A stretch of 62,216 nucleotides of DNA, the filler included, from Collodictyon triciliatum (Eukaryota), in assembly GCA_043381765.1 (NCBI GenBank). It is 7 parts of 7 records of this genome, joined end to end, with 100 filler letters (N's around TTAATTAATTAA, not from the genome) between each part and the next. Parts side by side here need not be neighbours in the genome. Positions count along the whole stretch, not along the records: positions 19,477 to 29,509 come from JBHJMP010002813.1; positions 29,610 to 39,638 come from JBHJMP010002814.1; 5 more parts are not named here. One strand, written 5' to 3'. Of the stretch, positions 24,825-37,708 are shown in pieces. The notes beneath the pieces were generated by a model. It saw only the letters and a list, made by a program, of their open reading frames with translations. It had not been told where the DNA came from and did not search any database. A program made the translations under genes and the position numbers. Numbering within the stretch: position 1 is the stretch's first letter; every line of letters begins with the position of its first letter.

Positions 24825-27800
24825 TCAGTTTCTGTCACTGCGTAATTTGCTCAGATGAACTCCGACACTCACTATATCGGCAATCTAGTAGAATATGGGC
24901 TTAGCATATGGACTCATATCATAAATGAAATTAAATTAAATAGGGCAGCAACGTGCATATTCTTTGGTTTTGATGGCCTAAGCTCATTACTTTAGCGGGG
25001 TAGATGGTCATCTCAGCGCAAGTAGAAGGTGCCATTTCTCTAAAATTTTCGGCATTATGGTGCATTTGGAGTTGGGCCGGTTGAGCCGATTGAGCCGATT
25101 GAGCCGATTGAGCCGATTGAGCCGATTGAGCCGATTGAGCCGGTTGTGGCTTAGACCTCACAGCCTTCTGTTTAGCTGCATCAATTATCCTCCTGATGCT
25201 ATTTTGGATACCAATCACGGATTTGCGTTCACGTTCTGTCTTCACGAAAGTGACAGCCACACCACTATGGCCTATCCGCCCAGTTCGACCGGACATGTGC
25301 AGATAGGTAATCGGGTCCTCCCTACATGTGATGAAAATAAGCATAAGTATTCTTGGATGAGGTAATTATCCAAAAGATTTATCAAAAAAATAGAAATGTT
25401 TATTATAATGTGCTTTAATTATTAGCATACACTTTGGTTTCGAATACTATGGGAATATCCCGGATGATAACCAAGGAGACAGTGGGGATATCGAGACCAC
25501 GAGATGCAAGTCGAGTACATATCAAAAGCTTGATAGTTCCTGCTTCAAACCTGCAATAAAAGAATTCATCCAAATGAGCCCTCTGATATAAGGGATTATG
25601 TGAGTTGCAGAACTTACGATCTGAAGACTCCGCGTCTGTTTGTAATTTTACCGTGAAGGTAACACACTTGTGCTCCCATTCTTCCTCTCAAAGAATCGTA
25701 GATAGTCTGACAATCCTTTTGAGTCTAAAAAAAGAGGGGGTTGTTTATCATTTTTGGTAACACCGCGTGAGGCGATCCTTTCTTTTCTGTTTCTAAAGTG
25801 TTTCGAGATTTGATTTAAGGAATTGATTTGTACCTCGACAAACACCATTGTTTGAGCACCAGACCACGAGTAATGTAGCTTTTCGATCAATGACGCCTTT
25901 TAATGGATAATTCAGAGTAAGGATGCCATGCATGAAGTAAAAAAAGAATTGTGTGTTTAAATGATTTTTAAATTCAGATTTATTTCAAAATGCTTAGTTA
26001 TTCCCACAAAACCATGTATATTTTTTTACCTCTTCATGGATACTTTTCGGTGCGGCTAACTGAAAACAAAAAAGATAAATGAAAAAGAATAAAATTAAAA
26101 TTCTAATGGAAGGGCGAGCTGAACAACGAATAAAAACTAGAACATTTAATGATAAATAATTGGTGTAGACAGTTTTTTTCTTATTCTTCCTTTCAATTTT
26201 GTGCAGATGGTGGAAATGTTGGCTTTGATTCTGGTGTAGACAGAGTTATTGTGGCATGTACTTACATCGCCAACCATATCAAGATAGACGTGTGTAATCG
26301 AGTTGGGGATTCCCGGACATATGACCACCGCTGGATTCACTGTGAACTTCTTTGATAGTTCAAAGTCCGCCTCGGTGAAAGTAGCAGAAAACAAGAGAGT
26401 TTGAAATTTGCGAGCTCTCATCCTTGCGTTCCCGGCTTGCCCGACCATGATACTACGATAAAGGGATTCGTTAGGTGACATTCACTCCAATTTTGAGTCA
26501 TCCTTCCTTCAATTAGTTTACAAGGATTAAATAAATAGTTTTACCTTTTAACCTTGTTTACTTGAGATATCGTATCCAAATTCTCTAGCAGCATGTCAGC
26601 CTCATCGAGAACAAAGAGGTTGACCTGGGTTTATTTTTATATACATTTTTAATGCCTTAAAACACAGGAAAAGAGCTTAATTGATGAGAATACCAAGTTT
26701 TGTTATCTTATTATGCAATTAACGAAGAAGCTATACCTTGCTCACAATATTGTGATTGCTGTTCGCTACATTCATCAGGGTCTTTGGTGTGCAAATTATG
26801 ATATGGGAGCCTTCACATTCTTCGGCCATTGCACCATGGCCTCTATCTCTCTGGTCTTCAGTTCGAGTCAGCTTTGCAACACGTAAGCCAGTCAATGAAG
26901 ACCCCATATTCACAACCCAGGAGTACGTCATCTCGGCAAGTTCTAATGTCGGAGACACACATACTACCTATATTTGATGGTGTCAATTGCCAACCCACCC
27001 AAAATTGTCGCATAATTAATTTTTTTTGAAGATCAGACTAAAAAAAAATGTGACGAAAATACAAGCCTGGGGGTATTTATTTGCGATGTTCACACGGTTA
27101 AGCATGCATATCACAAAGCCCGATGTTTTCCCGGAACCAGTGGGAGCAACAACAATAAGGTCCTGCTGCCTAATTGTTCGTTTCGTCATGGGAAAACATT
27201 CACGAAATCAGGATTAATAGTTTCTTTAGATTATTTTAAAAGAAAGGCAGAGAATGTTATTTATAACCATGTAGTAAATCAAGTAATGATAAAAATTACT
27301 CTATTGATAGGAATTTGTGAAGAAACAGGGACTGAATAATCGTTGGCCTTTTCCAACCAAATTGACTGATGGGATCAAGCATCTCCTCTTTCCTATGATA
27401 GCAATAAGAAAATAATTCAGAGTTCTTGAGCCATATTTAAACACTGGTGACGCAGGTTTTGTTTTCCAAATAATATATTTCTTAAGGGTTTAACGCACAA
27501 GTTCAGTTGGTGGAACAACTCCTCGCAATAGACCATTGGGTTGGTAGGCTGTTTTTGGAATACTTGAATAAGAACAGAAGTTCCGTCTTCACGCTCTATA
27601 TACTCAGATTCGACGAGAGACTCAATCAATTCTCGGTATTCCTGATTTTCTTCTTCGGCACATTCCGGTCTTGAGCTAGTATGGTTTTTTTTTGTCACTT
27701 ATCGTTGCGTTTCTATTTTTATGCAGCATACATATTTTGGATACTACTTTAATAAGTTGTAATAGAACCAAGTTCTCCATATGAAAACTTCTCTATTTCT

Positions 27801-28430
27801 CTCATGCTATTCCCATCATTTGTTATCCAAGGAAAAGTAGCATGGTGTAAGTTGTCGTATTATTAATCCAGGGAGACTTACTCAGCGACATTTGTTTCCT
27901 TAACTCTGGAGCTATCTGCTTCGGACATTGGTTTTTGGACTGTGGAGTAATCTGTTGTATTTGAATGTTCGCTTGATAAGATGTTCAAGAGCTTTCTCTC
28001 TGGCGGTAAATGAACTTATTTGATAGATGAAATAAACGCAAAGGTTTAAATTGCTGGTGAAAATAATATGTACTTTCTCACTTCATCAAATTAATAGATT
28101 GAAGGAATAATCAGAATGATACCAGAAAATAATAATAATAAATTGTATGTTTAAGTCATTCAATGCCTCTCTCTCTCCCTCTCTCTCGTACTATAATCAG
28201 GTCGCATTATATTACTAAGAGGAACTTTGTTATTGTGAATGGTGAAACTTCACATGAACAGAGTGTTTCCTTTGAATAGAATAAAGAAAAAGAAAAAAAA
28301 AAGAAAAAATATCAAAGTGCTTTATCTGTATGTCAACTTGCTGCTTCATATGCGTACATCTTTGAAGAGTCATTCGGAGACATTTAGGCGTGAGGAAATG
28401 CCCATGAGTCGCAGTAAAGACAACCGCCAT
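24825..28430 (-). CDS. DEAD-box RNA helicase, divergent DDX19/Dbp5-like
   Basis: Q motif GWKRPTIIQ, motif I APTGSGKT, NKYPQ-VVCVSPTLELA, ICTP, VLDEADMLL, LLFSATF, RGLDIP and YLHMSGRTGRIG. Start codon and last exon are approximate. Confidence 0.8.
25075..25146 (-). repeat. Coding 9-bp tandem repeat encoding (SAQ/PAQ)n
   Basis: (TTGAGCCGA)n on the + strand, within a helicase exon. Confidence 0.9.
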
Positions 28431-29372
28431 GTTCTCGCTACCAGTTGCAGTGAGTTATGAGCTCAATACTGGTGAGTTGAACGCACGCGATTGGGCGGTG
28501 TTTTCGTGCTGCCTCGCCAGTATTTTCATTTCCCCTGCCACTGTGCCTTTACAACAATACTGATGATACGCAACACATGCCGGATTCCTGCCTCCTGTTT
28601 TCATTTGTCTCTTTGTACTTCACCTCTTTGCTTTGACGTGGATCATTTGCACTTTCTGATTCCAGTGCCACAGTAATCAAACATCCTTAATGCAATCCTC
28701 TATTTCACCTCTTTATATAAGGCAAAAGCTAATCCGAGATTCGGCTCATCTCGCGTGGCTCTGGGCACAAACTCGGAATTCAATAATCTTAGACGGGGAA
28801 TCCAAGATAGTTTAATCATGATAAATTAAGGTGATAATCAGGCGATTGAGTTTGGTAGCAAATGTGGAGTATATAATTATTAAGTCATATCTGCGTCATA
28901 ATACACTCGATAAGTATACAATGATATAATTATTCCATTATATATGTACTAGGAGATATATATGAGATAGGGTATCTGAGTTATGGGTGAGGCTTCATGG
29001 CACTTTCGCGCTGTGGCACGCCAGGCAAGAATCATCCTCCTTGCTTCAAACACACACAAACGCATCGAGATATATTTACATTGTAAATACAGAGTGAGTC
29101 TCTCATGTCCTATGGCGACCACATAAGCAGAGATGATGGGAAGATGAGTGGTTGGGTCATCCGAAGCCTTTTCGCATCATTGGGACAGAACCCTCCAACG
29201 ATCAGATTTGGTTTAACTGACCTTCTTTGTTCTTTTCTTTTTATTTTTTCTTCCCTTAATCCGAAGAAAGTCCAACACAGGCACCAATGGACGAAGAGCA
29301 TGATCTGCTGAGGTTTGAACCTAGTCCCTTTCTAATGGTCATCTCTGTCTAGGCCCGAGGCCCACCCAAAGA

Positions 29373-29509
29373 AGGATATAAAAAAAAGGATATAAAAAAA
29401 GGATATAAAAAAAGGATATAAAAAAAAGGATATAAAAAAAAGGATATAAAAAAAAGGATATAAAAAAAAGGATATAAAAAAAAGGATATAAAAAAAAGGA
29501 TATAAAAAA
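29373..29509. repeat. About 14-bp tandem repeat (GGATATAAAAAAAA)n at a contig end
   Basis: Seen directly. Confidence 0.9.
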
Positions 29510-29819
29510 NNNNNNNNNNNNNNNNNNNNNNNNNNNNNNNNNNNNNNNNNNNNTTAATTAATTAANNNNNNNNNNNNNNNNNNNNNNNNNNNNNNNNNNN
29601 NNNNNNNNNCTAATAATAATACTAATAATAATACTAATAATAATACTAATAATAATACTAATAATAATACTAATAATAATACTAATAATAATACTAATAA
29701 TAATACTAATAATAATAATACTAATAATAATACTAATAATAATAATACTAATAATAATAATACTAATAATAATACTAATAATAATACTACTAATAATAAT
29801 AATAAATTTCACCATTCAG

Positions 29820-32800
29820 GAGATATACCACTATTTGAATCGTCAATAAATCTAGAATACATCGTCATTTATGAAACACGTATTACAGGTAGCTCATCTT
29901 ATTCTTTAAAAGACCATATACGGCATTAAAATATTGTGTCCTATTTCTTTCTTTGCTTGTTAATTGATTATACTGTATGATTTACTGTTTTTAACTTTTT
30001 TCTTTCTTTCACTATCATAGGTCAAATGCCCAGCTGCGACAGACACCCAAAGTTGAAGCAGATATTTCTAGTATCAAACGAATTGACAGGTAAATTCCAC
30101 AAAACTATCATAATTATTCACTGATTATTGAATAATGATGTACATGATTTTCTTTCAAGGGAAACACTGGTACTATTTTCTTTTTACTTTATAAATATAA
30201 TTTTCTTTCATCCAATTCAAAGACATGTGAAAGATTTTTTTTCCATTATTCGATTCAAAGTGTAGCGAGGTTAAAAGACATGTGAAAGATAATTGATGGT
30301 AATGAGGTCACCACTATTTTTTCAGGCTCATTAGAGAATCTCTCAACTTGCCCTCTCCTGACCGAAGTACATGTTAGCTCAAACAAAATCCAAGGTATGA
30401 AAGTAGAAAAATAACAAATAAAACTTTCTACTCATACTTTTTTCATACTAGACCACGAATCAATATTTTTCTATTTAAAAACACCTTATGTGACAGGCGT
30501 GTTATCGAATCTGGACCATTTCAAATCAATGATAATACTAAATGCCTTTTACAATAAAATTGGAGGTATCTAGCTCGTAATATCTGTATGATTATTTCTA
30601 TTTATTATTACTTGATCTATCATACTTTTTGATTTAACCCGGTACAATAATTCTATTTTTTTTTTTACTTTTACTTTTATCAAAGGTAATTTGCCACCCA
30701 CGCTTAATTCATCTACAATACAAGAACTTGATGTTCATGACAATCTGTTAACAGGCAAGCTATTTTTTCCTGTATTGTAAATTGAAAAGTCATCCTATGA
30801 AACTCTGCTATTTGAATCTAAGTCTTTATTAAATCAAAAATTTCTATGTAATCAAAGGAGAAATTCCGAAGCATCTTAGTCCAAGACTTATTCACTTTAG
30901 TTGTGGGCTGAATAGTATATCAGGTTGTTCTATATAAGTGATAATATTGTACAAAAACCCAAATAATTGATTAAGGAAATCATCGATGATAGGGGGTATG
31001 TCAATGCTGCGCGATGCTATTAATTTGGAAAAATTGTATCTTGGAGGAAATATATTGAGTGGTAAGTATCTTTTTCTTTTGTAAGGAAAACAAATGGCAA
31101 GTACTTCTCTTTTGTGACCAGATTGAATTTTGAAGCAAAATGGGAGGAGCCAACCTGTTCTAAAAAATCAAAACATTTTACAAATACTTACTTTTCGTAT
31201 ATGTAAATCACATATTAATGACACTACTTAACTGGTTCTGATTAAGGATTTTTGGATGATTTCAGTCACAATCCACGACTTACTATTCTTGATGTTGGCG
31301 GAAATATGATAAAAGGCAATAAAATGACATACAATTTTCTAATTATATGACTCAAAATCTTTGTTAATATGGGCGCATTTTTTGGTTTTTTCATGCAAAA
31401 TTGACATTCTTTATTTTTATTTTAAAAAAAATATTCTGAAAAAAAAAAAAGGCTTGCAATAGTTCTATATGATTTTGAATTATTTTTTTCTAGGAACCCT
31501 ACCTGAATTTAAAGGTTCTCTACTACTGGTGGAAGTAATTCTAAATAGTAATTTACTATCTGGTATATGTTAAATAGAAAACATATTGACTAAATGTTAT
31601 TAATTTAATAGCGACTATCGTATATTTTTCTTTTTTCATCCAGTGAAATTCTTGACAAAATAAACTTAATCACTTGTAATCATTTATAATCAGATGCTAT
31701 ACATTTCCCATCTGATTTTTTTTAACTATGACTTATGGTAGGGTCTATTCCTGACTTCTCTCATTTAAAAAATCTTGAGATACTATTCCTTTACGACAAT
31801 AAACTGCAAGGTAAGAAATATTCGTTGGTTTTAAAAATTTGAAGAAAATAATCAGTCTTATTTTCTTCAAAAGTTATGAGGTCAAACGATTTCGAAGTAA
31901 TTAATTGAATTTATTCACATGGTTTGTTATCCTCAGGTGTTCTTCCGACCTTTAGCGAAAATGAATTATTGCTAGAACTTAGTCTCTTGAACAATGAATT
32001 GAAAGGTTTACTTACCCTATCGATAAAGTTGGTTATCAGATACTTTATTTTCACTTATATGTACTTTTTTTTTGTCTGGTCGTATGTATATTCAATATTT
32101 CTTTGTATTATTTCATAGGAACTATTCATGATTTTGTATTACCCAACCTGAATGGCTTGTACCTCATAAATAACCGACTGGAGGGTTTTTCTTTTAAAAT
32201 AAATTATCCTACGAATACGATAGTACGACCCTGTAATAAATATTTGAATTCTAAATGATTATTTTCAGGAACTATCCCGAACTTTTCTTCGTTGCCTAAT
32301 TTACAGTACATTTATCTATCATCAAACGATCTAACAGGTAAGCATAAATCATAACATACCCTTTACGATAGAAAATCTTACTTACATAACTACCTATTTA
32401 CGTATAAAAGGAACTTTGCCCGAATTTCAAGGACTCGGAGAGCTTTTGGTCATGTACATATCAGACACCTTTGTTCATGGTAACTGCTTAAAATGAACGT
32501 TTGCATGTATGAATTGCTTTGTTTCTAAAAGTTCTTGAAGGTCGTGGAACTTCGTCCTAAAATAAATATAAAAGGCAGTATCCCAGGTTTCTCTTCGCTT
32601 AGTAAAATTAGAGAAATTGTTCTATATAACAACTTCCTTACAGGTAATTTCAATTGCAGAATAATTTTTGTTTTAGAAACCAATTATGTTTTTTTTTTCA
32701 AATAAAATAATGACCGATGGATATCAGAAGCAAAATCCATTATTATCACTATGACTATGACTATGACTATGACTATGACTATGACTATGACTATGACTAT

Positions 32801-35613
32801 GACTATGACTATGACTATGACTATGACTATGACTATGACTATGACTATGACTGTAATTGTTATCTCCATCATATGAAAATTCCCCTTTTATATTGACCAA
32901 ACCCATTCCACATTGCCTCTTGTTTTTCTTTTGATAAGGATCTATATCCTTTCCAAAACGTCTTCCCAGTCTCAGCATTATAAACATCCAAAATAACGAA
33001 TTCACAGGTTTTTTTTTATATAACAAAATAACAGAAAATATTTGATATTTACCCACTGATTAAATATATTTATCATTTATATTCCTTTTGTTTGTAGGAT
33101 TTGTTCCTGACTTTTCAAATGTCCGTTTTGTCGAAAAAATAGATTTATCAAACAATTGTCTCACAGGCATGTTTCTAGCTTATTATTTCTCCAAAATTTT
33201 GTGAATAATATTTTATCCCGTTGGTCCAACATCGGTATGGATGGAATCGATGCACTCTGAAGTAAAATTTATAGGAACTATTCCAAACATTGCTGGTCTT
33301 GATCGAATCACAAGCATTAACTTATCTGGGAATAATCTCGCTGGTGCGCACAACCAAATCAATTACCATATTTGATTTCTTCTCAAATATCCATGTATTA
33401 ATGTATAATTTTTCATGAAGAAACCACGCTATCTGATTTTTTTTTGATTCTTATTTATTAATAACAGGAACAATACCAAACTTTTCCTTCATAAGATCAA
33501 TCGAATTACTTCATTTGTCCAGAAATATGCTATCGGGTCTGTACTGGTATTTTCATAATGAAAAAACATATTCTGTATAATTATCGAGAGCAATGCATAA
33601 ACATTTTTTTTTTAAAAAAAAAAGACCAATTTTTTTATGTGGGATAGTATTACCTGGTCGGCTTATATTAATTCATGAATGTTTCATTTTCATCATCAAG
33701 GTGGCGTTCCAAACTTCGATATGGTCCCAAATCTGAAGTATTTTTCTGCGCATTCCAATCTGTTAGAAGGAACTTTGCCCTCCTTTGAACTATGTCCTGT
33801 CTTATTATCAATTGAGCTGTTTTCAAACAAACTATCAGGCACTCTACCCAATATCGTTCTACATAATCTGGAGCATTTAGATATAAGTAACAATCGATTC
33901 CAGGGGCTCATATCTCCTCTAATGGAGGTTCCAAATATCAAAGTCCTAGACCTTTCTATTAACTCATTCGATGGTCACATACCAAATACACTTGGGCTGT
34001 TGAAAAGGCTCGAAAAAATATACCTGTCAAACAATAGCTTTGTCGGCACTATGCCTGAATTATTCTGGGAACTTCCTAAGCTCTGGTTAATTGACCTGAG
34101 TTCCAATCAATTTTCTGGGGATGTGACATGGTTCATAAGCCCAAAGTACAAGCTGGATACACCGTATTTCTATCAATATCTCTACCTAGACAACAATAAT
34201 CTCAGCGGGGAAATGTCATGGTGGATATATCAGTTTGTGACTCAGGTGCAAGTGCTGTCATTGAAGAACAATAAAATCGCTAAACTGAACGACGCTCCAA
34301 ATATCTTAGATTGGAAACAATTGGACGTATCTGGGAATCCCATAGAGGGTTCATTGCCTGAGAGCTTCTCAAACTTTGTAAAGATGACATTACTTGATGT
34401 TTGTGGGACAAATATGAAGTATACAAATCGCTCTATAATACCTTCGTTCACTACTTATGGAGAGCCGTACCAACTTGAAGATACTCGCATGTTGTACCTG
34501 TGCCCAAGTATTCGGTCAATGGAGCACTCAAAAGAGTTTTCAATCCTCATGAGTCCGTCGTACTACGATCACATTTTCTGTGAATGCCTGCCCAATTATT
34601 TTGGAATACGCAACGTGTGTTTAAAATGCCCTGACGGATGCCATTGCGAAGACGGAAAAAGTTTGCAAGGATGCTATGCATCTCCTAGTGTGATTGATAT
34701 AAAATCACTTGTGCTATGTCCTTTTGCTGACTCTTGCAAGCAAACCCTTTCCGCTGACAGGACAGGAATGCTGATGGGCGATGAAGACGAGAGCCAATGC
34801 CAGGAAGGGTATACAGGTCGCGTTTGCTCAAAATGCGAGGACGGATACGGATATCGTGGACGAACGTGTATTGATTGCAATGACACGTCTATCTTTGTGA
34901 CCATGATTTTTTCACCCATAGCGTTGATGGGGTTTGTAGGGGCTTTAATCCATTTCAACTCTCCAAACACAGGTTCGCTTCCGTTGATCATTTTTTTTAT
35001 CTGTAGATTTAAGAAGAACTGGTTTATCACATTCATTTTTATTTGCTTTTCCTCTCTCTCGTCCCTATTTTAGCGAAAAGTTTTAACAATCACTGATACG
35101 CTCACGTAGGGAAGTTGAATATCGTGGTATTTCATCTACAGACGCTCTCTATTATATACACATCGTTGACCAATTCCAGGCAATTGAGTGAAATGATAGA
35201 TTTTACATTTTCTCTGGGGTCTATATCCATTCCGACAATCTCGTGTGTGTTGGGAACTACAGACGCACTATCCCCGTTAGTATTCAGCTACGGGAGGCTG
35301 ATTCTGTTGCTTGCTATAGCCATTTACATGCACCATGTAATTCCCATGAGCGGAAGAAACAAAGTACCTTTTTTTTTTTAAATAATATTTTTTTGGTAAA
35401 TGAACTACTATTTAATTTTTTTTATATTTTTTTTAATGATTTTGTAGTTTACATTCTTATTTTTTTTTAAATATTTGACCATCTATGATGAGGATGATTG
35501 CGATGAGCTTATTACATAGCATAATCTTCCGCAGTACACAGAAATGAAGGGGGATAACCATGTGCAATCGAACCAACAAAATCAAAATTCTCACAGTACC
35601 CTTTTTTTTTCTA

Positions 35614-35647
<34 letters not shown>

Positions 35648-36761
35648 GTTATTCACGTATCCCTTACACTCCTCCACATCATGTATTACCAAATAGTCCG
35701 AGACGTGTTTGGCGTCTTTGGTTGTACGCTATACGACGAAGGCGATGGCTTTTGGTATCTGAATGCATCGCCGTGGATCCGATGTTCACCCACCTCTGGG
35801 GAGTATATGAACATGCTAAGCATTTCCATCCCCGTGTTTCTCTTGTTCGTAGTTGCTTTGCCGTGGTTGGTGTGGAAAGTGATGAGAGACATCAGAATAT
35901 CGCAAGCATGTGACTCCAGGGATGAGCGTTACGGATTCCTCTACTTGCCGTTCAAGAAGGTTTGGATTTTAGCTTCTCTGGCCTTTTCAAACAAAAGCAG
36001 AACATACGTTCCAATCCTACAAGTTTATGAAGCAGAAAAAAAGGAGGAGGAATAATCAAGAAAAATCAGACTCATCACAGAGAAAAAAAGAAAAAAAAAG
36101 AAAAAAAAGAAAAAAAAAGAAAAAAAAAGAAAAAAAAAGAAAAAAAAGAAAAAAAAGAAAAAAAAGGAAAAAAGGAGAAAAAAAGGAGTAAGAGACCCAT
36201 GCGATTAACATGTGATCTAACATATAGGAATGTCAATTCTGGGAGCTTGTTATTTTGGGGAGAAGGATTGCCTTTTCTTTGGTGACCACGGTTGTTCCAT
36301 ACACCTCTCAAGGAGTACTATATCTTCTCATTATTCTCGTGATTCAGGTAACCCTGGCGATGCAGGATGCAAACCTCGACACAATCCAAACACAACCGTC
36401 ACCAATATCCACCCACCTACCCACTCGCACAGATACCCACACAGGCAGATTAAGATATTCTTGCACCCAGGTCTCCATATGGCTGCAGCAGAAGTACGCT
36501 CCATACAAGTCTGCCATAGAGAACCACATGGAAGCATCGAGCCTGTTTGTTATCTTCATCTCGTTCTTTTCAGCGCTGCTGGACTCGGACCAGGTCGGGG
36601 GCGGATGGGCAGGTCCTGTCATCGTGGCGCTCAATTCCCTGCTGTTTCTTGCCTTTGGCCTTGTTGTCCTGGCCGCCAAAGTCGGACTCTCCGGGAGGGT
36701 CTACATCCACCGGCTATCAAACTATGTGCTCTGGGTTCCTCCGATTGATGAGGATGCGTGA
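29820..36761 (+). CDS. LRR receptor-like protein: extracellular plant-specific-type LRR solenoid, Cys-rich region and multi-TM (about 7TM) C-terminus; 5' truncated
   Basis: Nineteen small exons (29820-33536) each encode G-x-I/L-P...L-xx-L-x-L-xx-N-x-L-x. Large exon 33701-34972 has more LRRs plus [17 protein letters not shown] and [19 protein letters not shown] exons carry [23 protein letters not shown]. Stop is TGA at 36759-36761. Confidence 0.88.
32746..32852. repeat. (ACTATG)n hexanucleotide microsatellite in an LRR gene intron
   Basis: Seen directly. Confidence 0.95.
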
Positions 36762-37195
36762 GGCTGCAGCAAGATTGAGGGTCTTCCTTTTTTTTTTTCT
36801 TGTCATTTTTTTTTCTTTTTTGCTTTTGCTTGAATCGAGATGATGATGCTGCCACTTTGATGGCAGAAACAACAAGATCAACGCGCTCACCCCATTATAA
36901 AAAGAAGCTCTGGTTTCCAATGGTAGAGATGAGATGAGATGAGATGAGATTAGATAAGATATAAATGGCCTAGTGAGTTAAGGATGGCGCTTGCGTCGAT
37001 TCCTTTATCCTGCATCTGCTATCTTGTTTTGATTTGGCGGGCGTTTATTCACTGAGTGTTCTCATCGATTGCAGGGAAAAAATAAACGAGGAGACGAAGG
37101 CAACCAACTCTATATAATTATTTTAGAAGCTTATATCATGTGCAAGATTTATGTTAATCTGACAAATAACACTTTTTTTTTCCGGTTCATACCTT

Positions 37196-37666
37196 TTAGT
37201 CCTTCTTCTTTTCCGCAGCCGCAATCAATTTGGCCACGTCAATCGGGTCCGGGGCAGTCACACGACCAAGCAAGAAGCCAATCACAAAGACGAAGGTGAG
37301 GAATATGGCGAGACTGAGACCAGCATTGTTTTGGACCAGTTTCTTGTTGAAGAACGAAATAAGCGAGAAGTTAATAAAACTCGAAATATGGCAAAATGTT
37401 CATGGTGGCGTTCATTTGCATGTATTCATGCATACTGGTGTAAAGTGAGGAATCGTAAAATAGAAAGAAAAAGAAAAGAAAGTGAAGTTGATTTATACTG
37501 AAAGAGAATTACAAGAATTGGCTCCAGATATCCATTTAAGACCTTCTCGGGTGTGGAGCTAAATATTTTAGATATTAAACATGATGTAATTTCTGTAAAC
37601 ATAGGCAGTGTTCCAAATTCTTAAAGTGAATATAGTTTGGGCTGTGGTAATGACGTCAGTGAAATT

Positions 37667-37708
<42 letters not shown>

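Noticed and set aside
29105-29340. Possible first exon(s) of a gene before the contig end
   Set aside because: Too short, no motif recognised, and cannot be tied to the LRR gene across the artificial linker.
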